In this document: positions 1 through 9,116 of the stretch, piece by piece
How positions within the stretch are numbered: the stretch's first letter is position 1
Layout of the letters: each line of letters starts with the position of its first letter
Source: Alphaproteobacteria bacterium
GTDB lineage: Bacteria; Pseudomonadota; Alphaproteobacteria; UBA828
DNA: 64,000 nt
Direction of reading: 5' to 3'
Assembly (NCBI GenBank): GCA_963422645.2
Contig: CAXXVO010000005.1
Location: 352,001 to 416,000, forward strand
Notes under the pieces: generated by a model
Told to the model about the DNA's origin: nothing
Seen by the model: the letters and a program-made list of their open reading frames with translations, nothing else
Databases searched by the model: none
Translations under genes and position numbers: made by a program

Positions 1-650
1 GCTGTGGTCATCTTGGGGTCGCCGAAGACGGATGGCCATTCGCCGAAGGCGAGGTTTGTGGTGATGACGATCGAGGTGCGCTCGTAGAGCCGGCTCATCA
101 GATGGAAGAGCAGCTGCCCACCGGCCTGGGCGAAGGGCAGGTAGCCGAGCTCGTCGAGGATGACGAAGTCGCGGCGGACGAGCTGGTCTGCAGTGCGGCC
201 CTGGCGTCCGGCGCGAAGCTCGGCCTCGAGGAGGTTGACCAGGTCGACGACGTTGTAGCACCGGCCGCGCGCGCCCTTGCGGATGCAGGACCGCGCGATG
301 GCGACGGCGAGATGGGTCTTGCCGGTACCGGTGCCGCCGACCAGCACGATGTTGCGTTTGCCCTCGAGGAAGCCGCCGCCGGCGAGCTCCTGGATCAGGG
401 GCTCGTTGACCGGCGAGGCGGCGAAGTCGAAGTCGGCCAGCTCCTTGACCGTCGGCAGCTTGGCGGAGGCCATCTGGTACTTGATCGAGCGGGCCCTCTT
501 GTCGGCGATCTCGACCTGCAGCAGCGTACCGATGATCTGTTGCACCGGATGGCGGCGCTTGAGCCCGTCGGCAAGGATGTCGTCGTAAGCGGCGCGCATA
601 CCTGCGAGCTTCAGCTGGGTCATCATCTCCAGCACATCATGACGCTCCAT
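1..650 (-). CDS. istB: IS21 helper ATPase IstB (3' end outside window)
   Basis: Manual translation [24 protein letters not shown]...; Walker A GGTGTGKT and LDELGYLPF motif; overlaps istA stop. Confidence 0.92.
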   Translation of the reverse strand, partial: MERHDVLEMMTQLKLAGMRAAYDDILADGLKRRHPVQQIIGTLLQVEIADKRARSIKYQMASAKLPTVKELADFDFAASPVNEPLIQELAGGGFLEGKRNIVLVGGTGTGKTHLAVAIARSCIRKGARGRCYNVVDLVNLLEAELRAGRQGRTADQLVRRDFVILDELGYLPFAQAGGQLLFHLMSRLYERTSIVITTNLAFGEWPSVFGDPKMTT

Positions 651-2151
651 GACCGGCCTCCCTCAGGCTGTCGTAGCGCTGACAGTCGGCTACCGGCTTG
701 TGGCGAAGCTGCAGGCCCTCGGGCGTCGGGATGATTGCCGGCGGTGCCGGCTGGCGCTGCCGGGCGAGGATGTTGAGCACCACGTCGGCGCTGCAGGCAC
801 CGCAGTCGAGCGTCTCGGCACAGGCCGCCTCAACCGCCTCCAGTCCGTCCTCCAGCACCGCCGCGAGCACCTTGACGAACTGCCGGTCGCCGTCGTCGTG
901 GCCCGCGAGCCGGGTTCGCAGGCGGCCGAGCGCGTTGGGCAACTGCCAGTCCTTGAAGGGCGCGCCATTGCGTAGCGCGCCGGGCTTCCGCGTCAGGATC
1001 GGCACGTAATGCCACGGATCGTAGACGAACCGGCCGCGCCCGAAGCTGCGGGGGTGCTCGGCAACGGTCTCGCCGTCCTGGCGGATGACGATCCGATCGG
1101 CATAGGCCCGCACGTCCACCGGCCGGCCGACGGCGCGGGCCGCGACGCTGTACTGGTTGTTGTCGAAGCGCACCAGACAGGTCTTCGAGACCGACACCTC
1201 GCTGGCATGGAAGCCGTCGAAGGGGCCGCGATACGCCATCAGGAAGGGCTGCTCCTCCTCGAACACCTGCCACACCGTCTTGCCCGGGATTGTCGGATGC
1301 GGATGCTTCTTGGCGTCCTCGATGCACCGATCCATCAGCCACTCGTTGATCTCGGCGTAGGAGCGGCCCCGCGGGATGGGCACGAACAGGCGGCCGCGAA
1401 GGTCACCCACCTGCTTCTCGACCTGCCCCTTCTCCCAGCCAGCCCCTGGCGTGCACGCCACAGGCTCCACCAGATGGTGCGAGCACAGCTCCTGGAAGCG
1501 GCGGTTGTAGTCCCGCTTCTTGCCCACGAAGATCGTGCTCACCGCCGTCTTCATGTTGTCGTAGATGCCCCGCCGGCAGACCCCGCCGAAGAAGCGGAAG
1601 GCACGCTCGTGCGCCTCGAAGACCATCTCCTGGCTCTCGCGGGGAAAGATCTGGACCAGATACATCCGGCTGTGGCACAGCCGCATGTGCGCCGCCTTCA
1701 CCCTGGTCGTCGCGCCCGACAGACGCGCGTACTCGTGGCTCCAGTCGAACTGGTAGGCCTCGCCGGGATCGAAGATCAGCGGCACATAGGCCTGCGCCGG
1801 CGACAACAGCCGCCACCGGCGCCGCCAGGCCCTGGCATAGCGGCGAACCGCGTCATAGCCGCCCTTGTAGCCCAGCGACACAAGGTCTTCATGAATCCGC
1901 AGAAGAGACAGCCGATCCTTGCGTGCCTTCTTCTCGTTGGCCTTCAGCTGGCGCTCAAGCTCCTCCACCCACAGCCCAAGCTTCGGCATCGGCTGGATCT
2001 TGCGCTCGTAGCTGTGCGAGGTCGCATCGCCCCGCACCACCTTGCGTATCGTGTTCTTGGAAACCCTCAAATCCCGGGCGAGCTTCTTGATCGGAACGCC
2101 CTTCACCAGATGATCCCGACGGATCTTCGCGATCGTTTCCACAACCAGCAT
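637..2151 (-). CDS. istA: IS21 transposase IstA
   Basis: N-terminal [29 protein letters not shown] motifs, NNQYSV. Confidence 0.95.
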   Translation of the reverse strand: MLVVETIAKIRRDHLVKGVPIKKLARDLRVSKNTIRKVVRGDATSHSYERKIQPMPKLGLWVEELERQLKANEKKARKDRLSLLRIHEDLVSLGYKGGYDAVRRYARAWRRRWRLLSPAQAYVPLIFDPGEAYQFDWSHEYARLSGATTRVKAAHMRLCHSRMYLVQIFPRESQEMVFEAHERAFRFFGGVCRRGIYDNMKTAVSTIFVGKKRDYNRRFQELCSHHLVEPVACTPGAGWEKGQVEKQVGDLRGRLFVPIPRGRSYAEINEWLMDRCIEDAKKHPHPTIPGKTVWQVFEEEQPFLMAYRGPFDGFHASEVSVSKTCLVRFDNNQYSVAARAVGRPVDVRAYADRIVIRQDGETVAEHPRSFGRGRFVYDPWHYVPILTRKPGALRNGAPFKDWQLPNALGRLRTRLAGHDDGDRQFVKVLAAVLEDGLEAVEAACAETLDCGACSADVVLNILARQRQPAPPAIIPTPEGLQLRHKPVADCQRYDSLREAGHGAS

Positions 2152-2316
2152 CTCCCCCACCACCCCGTCCGTCCAAACGACGAGGTGTGTTCATGGACAC
2201 AAATCCAAGGGGGTCAATTTTGGACGCCGATCACCCCCAATAGGGGGTCACTTTTCCACGCTTAACAACACATGGGCGCGGGCGAGGACGGGGACGATCC
2301 CGACGACCCTGTGGCG

Positions 2317-2630
2317 CGGCCGGTTGACGAGGTGATCCGATGACGAGAGTGCGCACCCCGCATTATGACATCTACGCGAGCGCGGAGGGCGAGCCGGCGG
2401 AGCGCGTCCGGACCGGCGCCGTGCGACACCACGTGGACCGCTACATCACGCGGGAGGGTGCTCTGGCGAAGGCCCGCACGTTTCTCCGGCAGGGCCGCTC
2501 CGTCTCGATCGTCCCGGTGTCGCCGGACACACCGCATCCGGGAGAGGCGTCCTGACCGCGCCCCTTCACCTCCTGCGCGGCTTCGTCCAGTGGACAGACC
2601 GGCGCACCGGCCGGTTGACGAGGTGATCCG
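2317..2630 (+). repeat. 23-bp perfect direct repeat CGGCCGGTTGACGAGGTGATCCG (2317-2339, 2608-2630)
   Basis: Identical copies, each containing SD GAGGTG and immediately followed by a start codon (ATG 2340, GTG 2631). Confidence 0.9.
2340..2555 (+). CDS. Small phage hypothetical protein
   Basis: Strong SD, ATGA overlap with upstream gene remnant. Confidence 0.55.
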   Translation: MTRVRTPHYDIYASAEGEPAERVRTGAVRHHVDRYITREGALAKARTFLRQGRSVSIVPVSPDTPHPGEAS

Positions 2631-2882
2631 GTGAGCTTTCCGCAGCGCTGCAAGGTATGCGAGAAGCGCGACAAGTTCGACTTCCACGTGGCGGATGAGG
2701 TGTGGGCTCAGGTCGTGCCGGAGCCCTATCGCAACCGCGTCGTGTGCCTGGGCTGTTTCGATGCGTTCGCGAGCCAGAAAGGCGTGCGGTTCGCAGGCGC
2801 CATGCTCAACGGGATGACGTTCGCCGGCGATGCCGCACACCTCGCCTTGCAGATTCGCGGCTTCGTGGAGAGGCCGGGATGA
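2631..2882 (+). CDS. Small phage protein with two CxxC motifs (putative Zn-binding)
   Basis: CKVC...CLGC, SD present. Confidence 0.65.
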   Translation: MSFPQRCKVCEKRDKFDFHVADEVWAQVVPEPYRNRVVCLGCFDAFASQKGVRFAGAMLNGMTFAGDAAHLALQIRGFVERPG

Positions 2883-2884
2883 CG

Positions 2885-3052
2885 TCAGGACGTCGTGTTG
2901 CAGGTGCCGTTGTCGGCCTTCCCCCGGCACTCGTTACAGAGTTCGCCCGAGGTCGGCTTGGTGTACCGCGAGTCGTAGCTCGAGGTCGGCCAGTTGGAGC
3001 AGTTCGTGCACCAGTGCTACGTATCGGAATAGGTCCGCTTTCGATATTCCAT
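2885..3052 (-). pseudogene. Small Cys-rich protein with in-frame TAG (counter-oriented, moron-like)
   Basis: MEYRKRTYSDT*HWCTNCSNWPTSSYDSRYTKPTSGELCNECRGKADNGTCNTTS; GGAG SD; TAG at 3017-3019. Confidence 0.6.
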
Positions 3053-3170
3053 CGGAATTTTCTCCGTCAAGCGATGGTTGATGGGGAAAGTGCGGCGGAG
3101 CGAGTGCCGCTTGCTCCGCCGCACGCCATCTACCACCCGGCGTGCTGCTCGACAACAGCGGAGCCGGGCC

Positions 3171-3845
3171 TTGCCTGAAGCGGCCCCCGCCAGCGACGAG
3201 CGCAAGCGCCTGATCCGGCGGATCCATGCCGAGGCGCGCTCCCGCGGCATGGACACCGACGCACGCCGCGACCTGCAACGCAGCGCGACCGGCAAGGTCA
3301 GCTGCGCCGACATGACCGTCGACGAGCTCCGCAGCGTCATTCGCGCCATGGGCACGCCTCGCGACCGCCTGCCGCAGGGCCCGGGCGCGGGCAAGCTCCG
3401 GGCGCTGTGGATCAGCGCCTGGCATCTCGGCGTGGTGCGCGACCGCACGGACGCGGGCCTGGCGGCCTGGCTGCGGCGTCAGACCGGGCTGGAGACGGCG
3501 GCCTGGACCGACCCTGCGGGCCTCGCCCGGGCGATCGAGGCGCTCAAGCTCTGGCTCGCCCGCGAGGCGGGCGTGGACTGGTCGCCGTCGGCCCGGATCG
3601 ACCGGCACGGACGGACGCACGAGCACGATAATCCCCGCGCCCGTGTGATGGAGGCGCAGTGGCGCATTCTTGCCCGTCTCGGTGCCGTCGAAAGCGACAG
3701 CGGGGCCGCTCTCTCGGCCTGCGCCGCACAGCACGCGGAGCCCGGCCGGGCCGGTTCCCACCTCGCGCTCGACGACCGGCAGGCCGACGCGCTGATCCGC
3801 CACCTCGGCGCGCGCATCAGGGCGGCGAAGGACGGCGATGCGTAG
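3171..3845 (+). CDS. gemA: Mu gp16/GemA-like regulatory protein (DUF1018)
   Basis: LIRRIH...RRDLQRSATGKVSCADMT, KLRALWISAWHLG, AIEALKLW pattern; start uncertain (TTG 3171 with GGAG, or 3078). Confidence 0.8.
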   Translation: MPEAAPASDERKRLIRRIHAEARSRGMDTDARRDLQRSATGKVSCADMTVDELRSVIRAMGTPRDRLPQGPGAGKLRALWISAWHLGVVRDRTDAGLAAWLRRQTGLETAAWTDPAGLARAIEALKLWLAREAGVDWSPSARIDRHGRTHEHDNPRARVMEAQWRILARLGAVESDSGAALSACAAQHAEPGRAGSHLALDDRQADALIRHLGARIRAAKDGDA

Positions 3846-4043
3846 AACGCGATCGTCTCTGGCCAGCGTCATTGCCGGCTGCCGCGTCTGTTACGGGTCG
3901 GACGCCGTCTGGCGGCAGCGAATGCGCTGGCGCTGGCGGCGCGCCATCACGATGCGACAGGGCACGAGACCTGGGCCGAGCAGGTGATCCTGGTCAGATA
4001 TGGCGGCGCGGAAGCGGACGATGCCGATCGGCCGGGAAGCTGA
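3838..4043 (+). pseudogene. Small phage protein, apparently frameshifted near 3915
   Basis: MRRTRSSLASVIAGCRVCYGSDAVW continues plausibly in another frame as ANALALAARHHDATGHETWAEQ. Confidence 0.45.
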
Positions 4044-4476
4044 GCGCCTCTATCCGGGCGGCTCGCTGCGCTCTCCCGAGTGGCTGGCGATCCGGGCCGC
4101 GATCCTGGAGCGGGCGACGATTACCTTCTTCGGCGGGCGCAAGGAGACGCAGTGCGAATGCACGGGCGAGTGCGGCCGCGATCACGGGCGCGAGGCTGCG
4201 GCGTTCGTCCATGTCGGGCCCCGCTGCGGCGCCCTGCACGAGCGTCCCCACCCGATCACCGGATCGCGCGTCGTGCTGACCGTCGCCCACCTCGACCACG
4301 ATCCGGGCCACAACGCCCCTTCCAACCTCCGTGCCATGTGCCAGCGCTGCCACAACCGTTACGACATGCCCCGCAGGCGCGCACACGCCCGGCTGACGCG
4401 GCGCGCGCGCTACGCTACCGGGGACCTGTTCGACGCGCGCCCTGCGCCGCCCCGTGGCGACGGGGGGCGCCTGTGA
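4021..4476 (+). CDS. HNH-like phage protein
   Basis: MPI...YP, CECTGECG, VVLTVAHLDHDPGHN..NLRAMCQRCHNRYD. Confidence 0.8.
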   Translation: MPIGREAERLYPGGSLRSPEWLAIRAAILERATITFFGGRKETQCECTGECGRDHGREAAAFVHVGPRCGALHERPHPITGSRVVLTVAHLDHDPGHNAPSNLRAMCQRCHNRYDMPRRRAHARLTRRARYATGDLFDARPAPPRGDGGRL

Positions 4477-4820
4477 GCGCCGCTGCGCCGCCGCTGCCCG
4501 GCGTGCTGGCGGAGATCGCCGGGGTGGCGGGGCGCGAGGCGGCGCTGGCGATCGCGCTCGCCCACGGGGGCGACGACGGCTGGGACGTGCCGCGCTCGCT
4601 CGACGGCGCCGCCGGGCGCGACCTGGCTGCGCTGATCGGCCCCGAGGCGGCGGAGGCCGTCGTGCGGCGGCTGGGCGGCGGCGCGGTATCGGTTCCGATG
4701 GCGCGGCGCGCCGTCGGCGGATGGCTCTCCGGACGCGGCTTCAGCACACCCGAGATCGCGGCCGCGCTCGGTGTCACCCGCCGCGCGGCGCGGCGATACC
4801 GCCGCGCGGCGAGGCGCTAG
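4473..4820 (+). CDS. Mor/C-like transcription activator
   Basis: LPGVLAEIAGVAGREAALAIA..GG N-terminus, C-terminal HTH (STPEIAAALGVTRR); position before lysis genes. Confidence 0.7.
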   Translation: MSAAAPPLPGVLAEIAGVAGREAALAIALAHGGDDGWDVPRSLDGAAGRDLAALIGPEAAEAVVRRLGGGAVSVPMARRAVGGWLSGRGFSTPEIAAALGVTRRAARRYRRAARR

Positions 4821-4894
4821 CAGCGGACCATTGTCCGCTGCCCCGATCTTCCCCGTTCGGGCATGGTGCGCCCGCCGAAGCCGGGAGGGCCGCG

Positions 4895-5200
4895 ATGTAC
4901 GAGGGAATGCTGGTCACCATCATCACCATCGCGGGCACGTTCGTGCTGGGCGTGGGCGTGGCCGTGATCGTGCTGACCTGGCTCTGGGGCTGGCGGCCGC
5001 TGCAGCGCCGCGCCTTCCCCTTCATCGACGAGATCGCCGCGACCACGTCCCTGTTCTCGGACTCCCTGAAGACGAAGAACCCCGGCATGCCGCTCGCCAT
5101 CCGCCAGGGGCTGTGGGCGATCGCGTACGCCATCGTCACCGGCATGACGATCCAGGCGCTGCTGGGCCTCGCCGGACAGCTGGCCACGCCGGCCGGGTGA
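4895..5200 (+). CDS. Two-TM membrane protein, candidate holin
   Basis: Two hydrophobic segments; directly upstream of endolysin; GGGAGG SD. Confidence 0.5.
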   Translation: MYEGMLVTIITIAGTFVLGVGVAVIVLTWLWGWRPLQRRAFPFIDEIAATTSLFSDSLKTKNPGMPLAIRQGLWAIAYAIVTGMTIQALLGLAGQLATPAG

Positions 5201-5210
5201 GGCGCACTCC

Positions 5211-5789
5211 ATGGACCCCGCCGCCCTCCTGCTGGCACTCCAGCTGGCGCTCGCGCCCTGCGAGCCGGCGGGCGTGGACGATATCTATACGCGCTCGGCG
5301 CACCGTGCGGTCACGCTCTACTGGGCGCCCGCTCGGCGCTGGCTGTGGTGCGCGCTGGTGGCGCAGGCGGGCGCGGAGAGCGACTGGCGCGCCGGCGCGG
5401 TCTCGCCTGCGGGTGCGCAGGGCCCGTGGCAGATCATGCCGGGCACCTGGATCGAGCACACCGCGCGCAGGGGCTGGGAGGCCAGCCCCTTCGATCCGTG
5501 GGTTTCCTCGCAGGTCGCCGCCATCCACATGGAGGGGCTGGCGCGCATCTGGTCGGCGCCGCGCTCGGACTGGCGCCGGATGGAGCTGCAGGTCGCCTCC
5601 TACAACGCCGGCCAGGGCCATGTCATCGCGGCCCAGCGCCTCGCCGGCGGCGCGTGCTGCTGGGAGGAGATCGCGCCGCACCTGCCGGCCGTGACCGGAC
5701 GTCACGCCGCCGAGACGCGGGGCTACGTGGCGCGCTGGAAGCGCATCCTGGCCGGGCTCTGGGGCCGCGCGGAGATCCCGCTCCCATGA
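5211..5789 (+). CDS. Lytic transglycosylase (SLT) endolysin
   Basis: AES..AVSPAGAQGPWQIMPGT, ASYNAG, ETRGYV motifs; hydrophobic N-terminus. Confidence 0.88.
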   Translation: MDPAALLLALQLALAPCEPAGVDDIYTRSAHRAVTLYWAPARRWLWCALVAQAGAESDWRAGAVSPAGAQGPWQIMPGTWIEHTARRGWEASPFDPWVSSQVAAIHMEGLARIWSAPRSDWRRMELQVASYNAGQGHVIAAQRLAGGACCWEEIAPHLPAVTGRHAAETRGYVARWKRILAGLWGRAEIPLP

Positions 5790-6172
5790 TGGCGCTCTTC
5801 GGCATCGGCAGCGCCCTGAAGCTGGCCGCCGGCATCGGCGGCGCGGTGACGCTGATGTCCATGCTGTCGTGCGCGGTGGACCGCATCGGCTCCCGTGCGG
5901 CGGCCGAGGCGGAGCTCGCGATGACCCGTGCGGCCGCGGCCGAGGAGCGGCGCGTCGCCGGGATTGCCGACCGGGCGAGGATCGAGGCCGAAGACGCGCA
6001 CCGGGAGGTTCTCATTCAATGGGAACGCGACCGGCGGGCCGCCGGCGAGGCGCTGGCGCAGGCCCGGGCCGCGGCCGATATGCCGCGCGCGCCCGGCGAG
6101 TGCCCGGCGCGCTGCCGCCTGCCGGCGGCGCTGATCGAGGCCCTGGAGACGCAGGCGGAGACGGATCGATGA
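5786..6172 (+). CDS. Putative i-spanin (Rz-like)
   Basis: N-terminal TM then Ala-rich coiled coil; follows endolysin. Confidence 0.55.
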   Translation: MMALFGIGSALKLAAGIGGAVTLMSMLSCAVDRIGSRAAAEAELAMTRAAAAEERRVAGIADRARIEAEDAHREVLIQWERDRRAAGEALAQARAAADMPRAPGECPARCRLPAALIEALETQAETDR

Positions 6173-6471
6173 CGCGCACCGCCTGGGCCATGCCGATTGC
6201 CTGTATCGCACTCGCCGGCTGCGGCTGGACCGGCGATCCCGGCCCGCCGCCCGCGCCGGTGTCCGTGACGCGCATCGTTCCCTGCCCGGAGCCTGTGCCG
6301 CCGCCGCTCTGCACAGGCCCGCCGGACGCGGCGGCCGGGACGGTGGAGGCCCTGGTCGAGAGCGCCATCGCCACCCGGGCCTGGGGCGCGGGCTGCCGCA
6401 CGGAAGCGCAGGCCTGGCGCGAGAGCGCCGCCGCCTGCCGCCGGGCTCTCGCGGAGGACGCGGAGCGGTGA
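6169..6471 (+). CDS. Putative o-spanin lipoprotein (Rz1-like)
   Basis: Lipobox IALAGC, Pro-rich; ATGA overlap. Confidence 0.6.
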   Translation: MTRTAWAMPIACIALAGCGWTGDPGPPPAPVSVTRIVPCPEPVPPPLCTGPPDAAAGTVEALVESAIATRAWGAGCRTEAQAWRESAAACRRALAEDAER

Positions 6472-6481
6472 GGAGGGGCGC

Positions 6482-6874
6482 ATGACCTGGGAGGCCGTCA
6501 TCGAGGCGGTCGCGCTCGGCGCCGCAGTCCTGGGCTGGATCTATGCCGCCTTCATCGCCCATGGACGGGCGCGGCGCGCCGAGTTCGACGGCCTCGACGA
6601 GCGCGCCGACGGCATGGCCGAGCGCATCGCAGCCCTCGAAGCGGGCGCCGGAGACGGCGTCGCCGCGGCCGGGCGCCTGAGCGCCGCCGAACGCGAGCTC
6701 GCCGCGCTCCGGCTGCACGTGGCCGAGCACTGCGTCGCCCGGGACGACTGGGTGCCGACCATCAGCCGCATGTTCGAGATGCTGGAGGGACACACCGAGA
6801 TGCTCGGACGGCTCGACGAGAGGACCAGGATGCCCGACGGCACGCCGCCGGGAAGGGAGAAGCGGCATGCGTGA
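6482..6874 (+). CDS. Mu gp25-like membrane-anchored coiled-coil protein
   Basis: N-terminal TM plus coiled coil, LHVAEHCVARDD; synteny. Confidence 0.55.
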   Translation: MTWEAVIEAVALGAAVLGWIYAAFIAHGRARRAEFDGLDERADGMAERIAALEAGAGDGVAAAGRLSAAERELAALRLHVAEHCVARDDWVPTISRMFEMLEGHTEMLGRLDERTRMPDGTPPGREKRHA

Positions 6875-7199
6875 CCGACCGCCCACGATCGACGAGGCGA
6901 TGCTGCCCGGCGCGCGCTGGGACATCCTGCGCACGATCCATGTCGGCGGCCACCTCGGAGCCACCGAGCGCATGATCCGCGACGTGCTGGTGGCCGGCTA
7001 CATCGGCGTCACCGAGCGCTGGATCCGCGACCAGATGGCCTATCTCGAAAGCCGGAAGCTGATCGCGGTCGTCCGCTCCGAGATCGATCCCTGGCGCGCC
7101 ACGCTGACACGCCACGGCTACGACGTCGCCGACTACCAGGTGGACTGCGAGCCCGGAATCCGCCGGCCGCCGCACATCTCCAGCCTGAGGACGGGCTGA
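6867..7199 (+). CDS. Mu gp26-like winged-helix protein
   Basis: RWDILR..IRDQMAYLE..ATLTRHGYDVA..PGIRRP pattern. Confidence 0.7.
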   Translation: MRDRPPTIDEAMLPGARWDILRTIHVGGHLGATERMIRDVLVAGYIGVTERWIRDQMAYLESRKLIAVVRSEIDPWRATLTRHGYDVADYQVDCEPGIRRPPHISSLRTG

Positions 7200-7200
7200 C

Positions 7201-7734
7201 GTGCCGCGCCGCAGGAAGACGGCGCTGCTGCCCGCCGACCTGCGGCGCGAACTCGACCGCCGCCTGATCGAGGGCGCGTTCTCCGGCTACGAGGCGCTGG
7301 CGGACTGGCTCGCCGAGCGCGGCCACGCCATCGGCAAGTCGGCGCTGCACGAGTACGGCCGCGACCTCGAGCGCCGCATCGAGCGCATCCGCCACGCCAC
7401 CGAGCAGGCCGAGGCCCTGGTCGCCGCCACGCCGGACGAGACCGCCGCTCTCGCCGACGCCAGCCTCAGGATGGCGCAGGAGCAGATCTACACCCTGCTC
7501 TACGCCGCAGAGGGAGGCAATCTGAAGGAGGCCGCAGCGGCGGCCCGCGCGCTCGCCGAGACCGTGCGCGCCTCGCTGGCGATCCGCCAGGACCGGCGCA
7601 AGATCCTCGCCGACGCCGCCTCGGCCGTGGACAAGCGCCTCGCCGAGGCCGAGGAGCAGGCCGCAGACAGCGCCGACCCCAGGGCCGCGATCCGCCGCGT
7701 CCGCCAGGACGTCTACGGGATCTTCGACCCATGA
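7201..7734 (+). CDS. Mu gp27-like protein (DUF3486), putative small terminase
   Basis: MPRRRK..LP..LRRELD..FSGYEALADWL..IGKSALHEYG. Confidence 0.8.
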   Translation: MPRRRKTALLPADLRRELDRRLIEGAFSGYEALADWLAERGHAIGKSALHEYGRDLERRIERIRHATEQAEALVAATPDETAALADASLRMAQEQIYTLLYAAEGGNLKEAAAAARALAETVRASLAIRQDRRKILADAASAVDKRLAEAEEQAADSADPRAAIRRVRQDVYGIFDP

Positions 7735-9116
7735 GCGGCCCCGGCCGGCGGCCGGCGGCGCCCATGCCGCTCTACCCCTACCAGCACCGCTGGCTCGCCG
7801 ACCGCAGCCGCTTCAAGATCGGCATGTGGTCGCGCCAGATCGGCAAGACCTTCACCGCCACCCTGGAGATCGTCGACAGCGTCATGGAGGCCCGCGCGCG
7901 CGGCCGCGCCTCGCCCTGGCTGATCCTCTCGCGCGGCGACCGCCAGGCGCGAGAGGCCATGCGCGCCGGCATCCATGCCCACGCCCGCGCCTACGGGCTC
8001 GCGCTGGAGGCCCTGGAGTACGACCTGCGCGTCGGCGACCAGGTCTTCCGCGCCCACGAATGGGACGCAGGCTCGGGCAACGTGGTCACCGCGCTCCCCG
8101 CCAACCCGGACACCGCGCGCGGCTACTCCCGCAACGTCTATCTCGACGAGTTCGCCCTGCACCGCGACAGCCGCGCGATCTGGGGCGCGCTCTTCCCCTC
8201 GATCACCCGCGGCTGGAAGATCAGGATCACCTCCACGCCCAGGGGCAAGGCGGGCAAGTTCTACGAACTCATGACAAGCGACGACGGGCGCTGGTCGCGT
8301 CATGCCGTCGATATCCACCGCGCGGTCGCGGACGGCTACCCCGCCGATATCGACGAGCTGCGCGCGGGCCTCGCCGACGAGGACCTGTGGCGCCAGGAAT
8401 ACGAGTGCCAGTGGCTCGACGAGGCCTCGGCCTGGCTCCCCTACGACCTGATCGACGGCGCCGAAGACGAGGCGGCCGGCGAGCCTGCGGGCCACGCCGG
8501 CGGCCCCGTGTTCATCGGCAACGACATCGCGCGGCGCAACGATCTCTGGGTCGCCTGGGTGATCGAGACGGTCGGCGACGTCGCCTGGACCCGCGAGATC
8601 AGAACCCTCAGGGGCAAGACCTTCAGGGAGCAGGACGATACCCTCGATGCCCTGGTGGAGCGCTACAGACCGGTGCGCATCGCCATGGACCAGACCGGCA
8701 TGGGCGAGAAGCCGGTCGAGGACGCCAAACGCCGCTACGGCGCAACCCGTGTCGAGGGGGTGCTGTTCACCGGACCCCGCAAGCTCGACCTCGCCACCGC
8801 GCTGAAGGAGCGCTTCGAAGACCGCACCATCCGCGTGCCCTCCGGCGACCCGGTGCTCCGCGCCGACCTGCACGCCGTGCGCAAGACCGTCGGACCCACC
8901 GGCAGCCCCCGCCTCGCCGCCGACGGCGAGACCGACGGCCATGCCGACCGCTTCTGGGCCGCAGCGCTGGCCTGCGCGGCTGCCGCCGAAAGCCGCCCGC
9001 CCCCGGCCGGCGCCTGGGCGCAGGGCGATCCCCGCGACGCCTTCACACCCTCCCGCCTTGCCGGGCGCCAGCCCCTCACCATGTTCGGGCGGCCCGGTGA
9101 GGGGATGTGGCGGTGA
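7731..9116 (+). CDS. Terminase large subunit (Mu gp28-like)
   Basis: WSRQIGKT, YLDEFA, ITSTPRG, GNDIAR, MDQTGMG, GHADRFWA. Confidence 0.92.
   Translation: MSGPGRRPAAPMPLYPYQHRWLADRSRFKIGMWSRQIGKTFTATLEIVDSVMEARARGRASPWLILSRGDRQAREAMRAGIHAHARAYGLALEALEYDLRVGDQVFRAHEWDAGSGNVVTALPANPDTARGYSRNVYLDEFALHRDSRAIWGALFPSITRGWKIRITSTPRGKAGKFYELMTSDDGRWSRHAVDIHRAVADGYPADIDELRAGLADEDLWRQEYECQWLDEASAWLPYDLIDGAEDEAAGEPAGHAGGPVFIGNDIARRNDLWVAWVIETVGDVAWTREIRTLRGKTFREQDDTLDALVERYRPVRIAMDQTGMGEKPVEDAKRRYGATRVEGVLFTGPRKLDLATALKERFEDRTIRVPSGDPVLRADLHAVRKTVGPTGSPRLAADGETDGHADRFWAAALACAAAAESRPPPAGAWAQGDPRDAFTPSRLAGRQPLTMFGRPGEGMWR

Larger units (their letters stand above)
1..2267 (-). mobile_element. IS21-family insertion sequence (runs off left edge of window)
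   Basis: istA-istB pair; terminus reads TGTTAAGCGTGGAAAAGTGACCCC on minus strand with a second similar repeat (GGGGTCAATTTTGGACGC / GGGGTCACTTTTCCACGC), typical of IS21 ends; exact end could be 2267 or 2270. Confidence 0.9.

Noticed and set aside
3017-3019. Stop-codon recoding in the prophage
   Set aside because: Other prophage genes terminate normally at TAG (4820, 10537, 11479); a nonsense mutation is more parsimonious.
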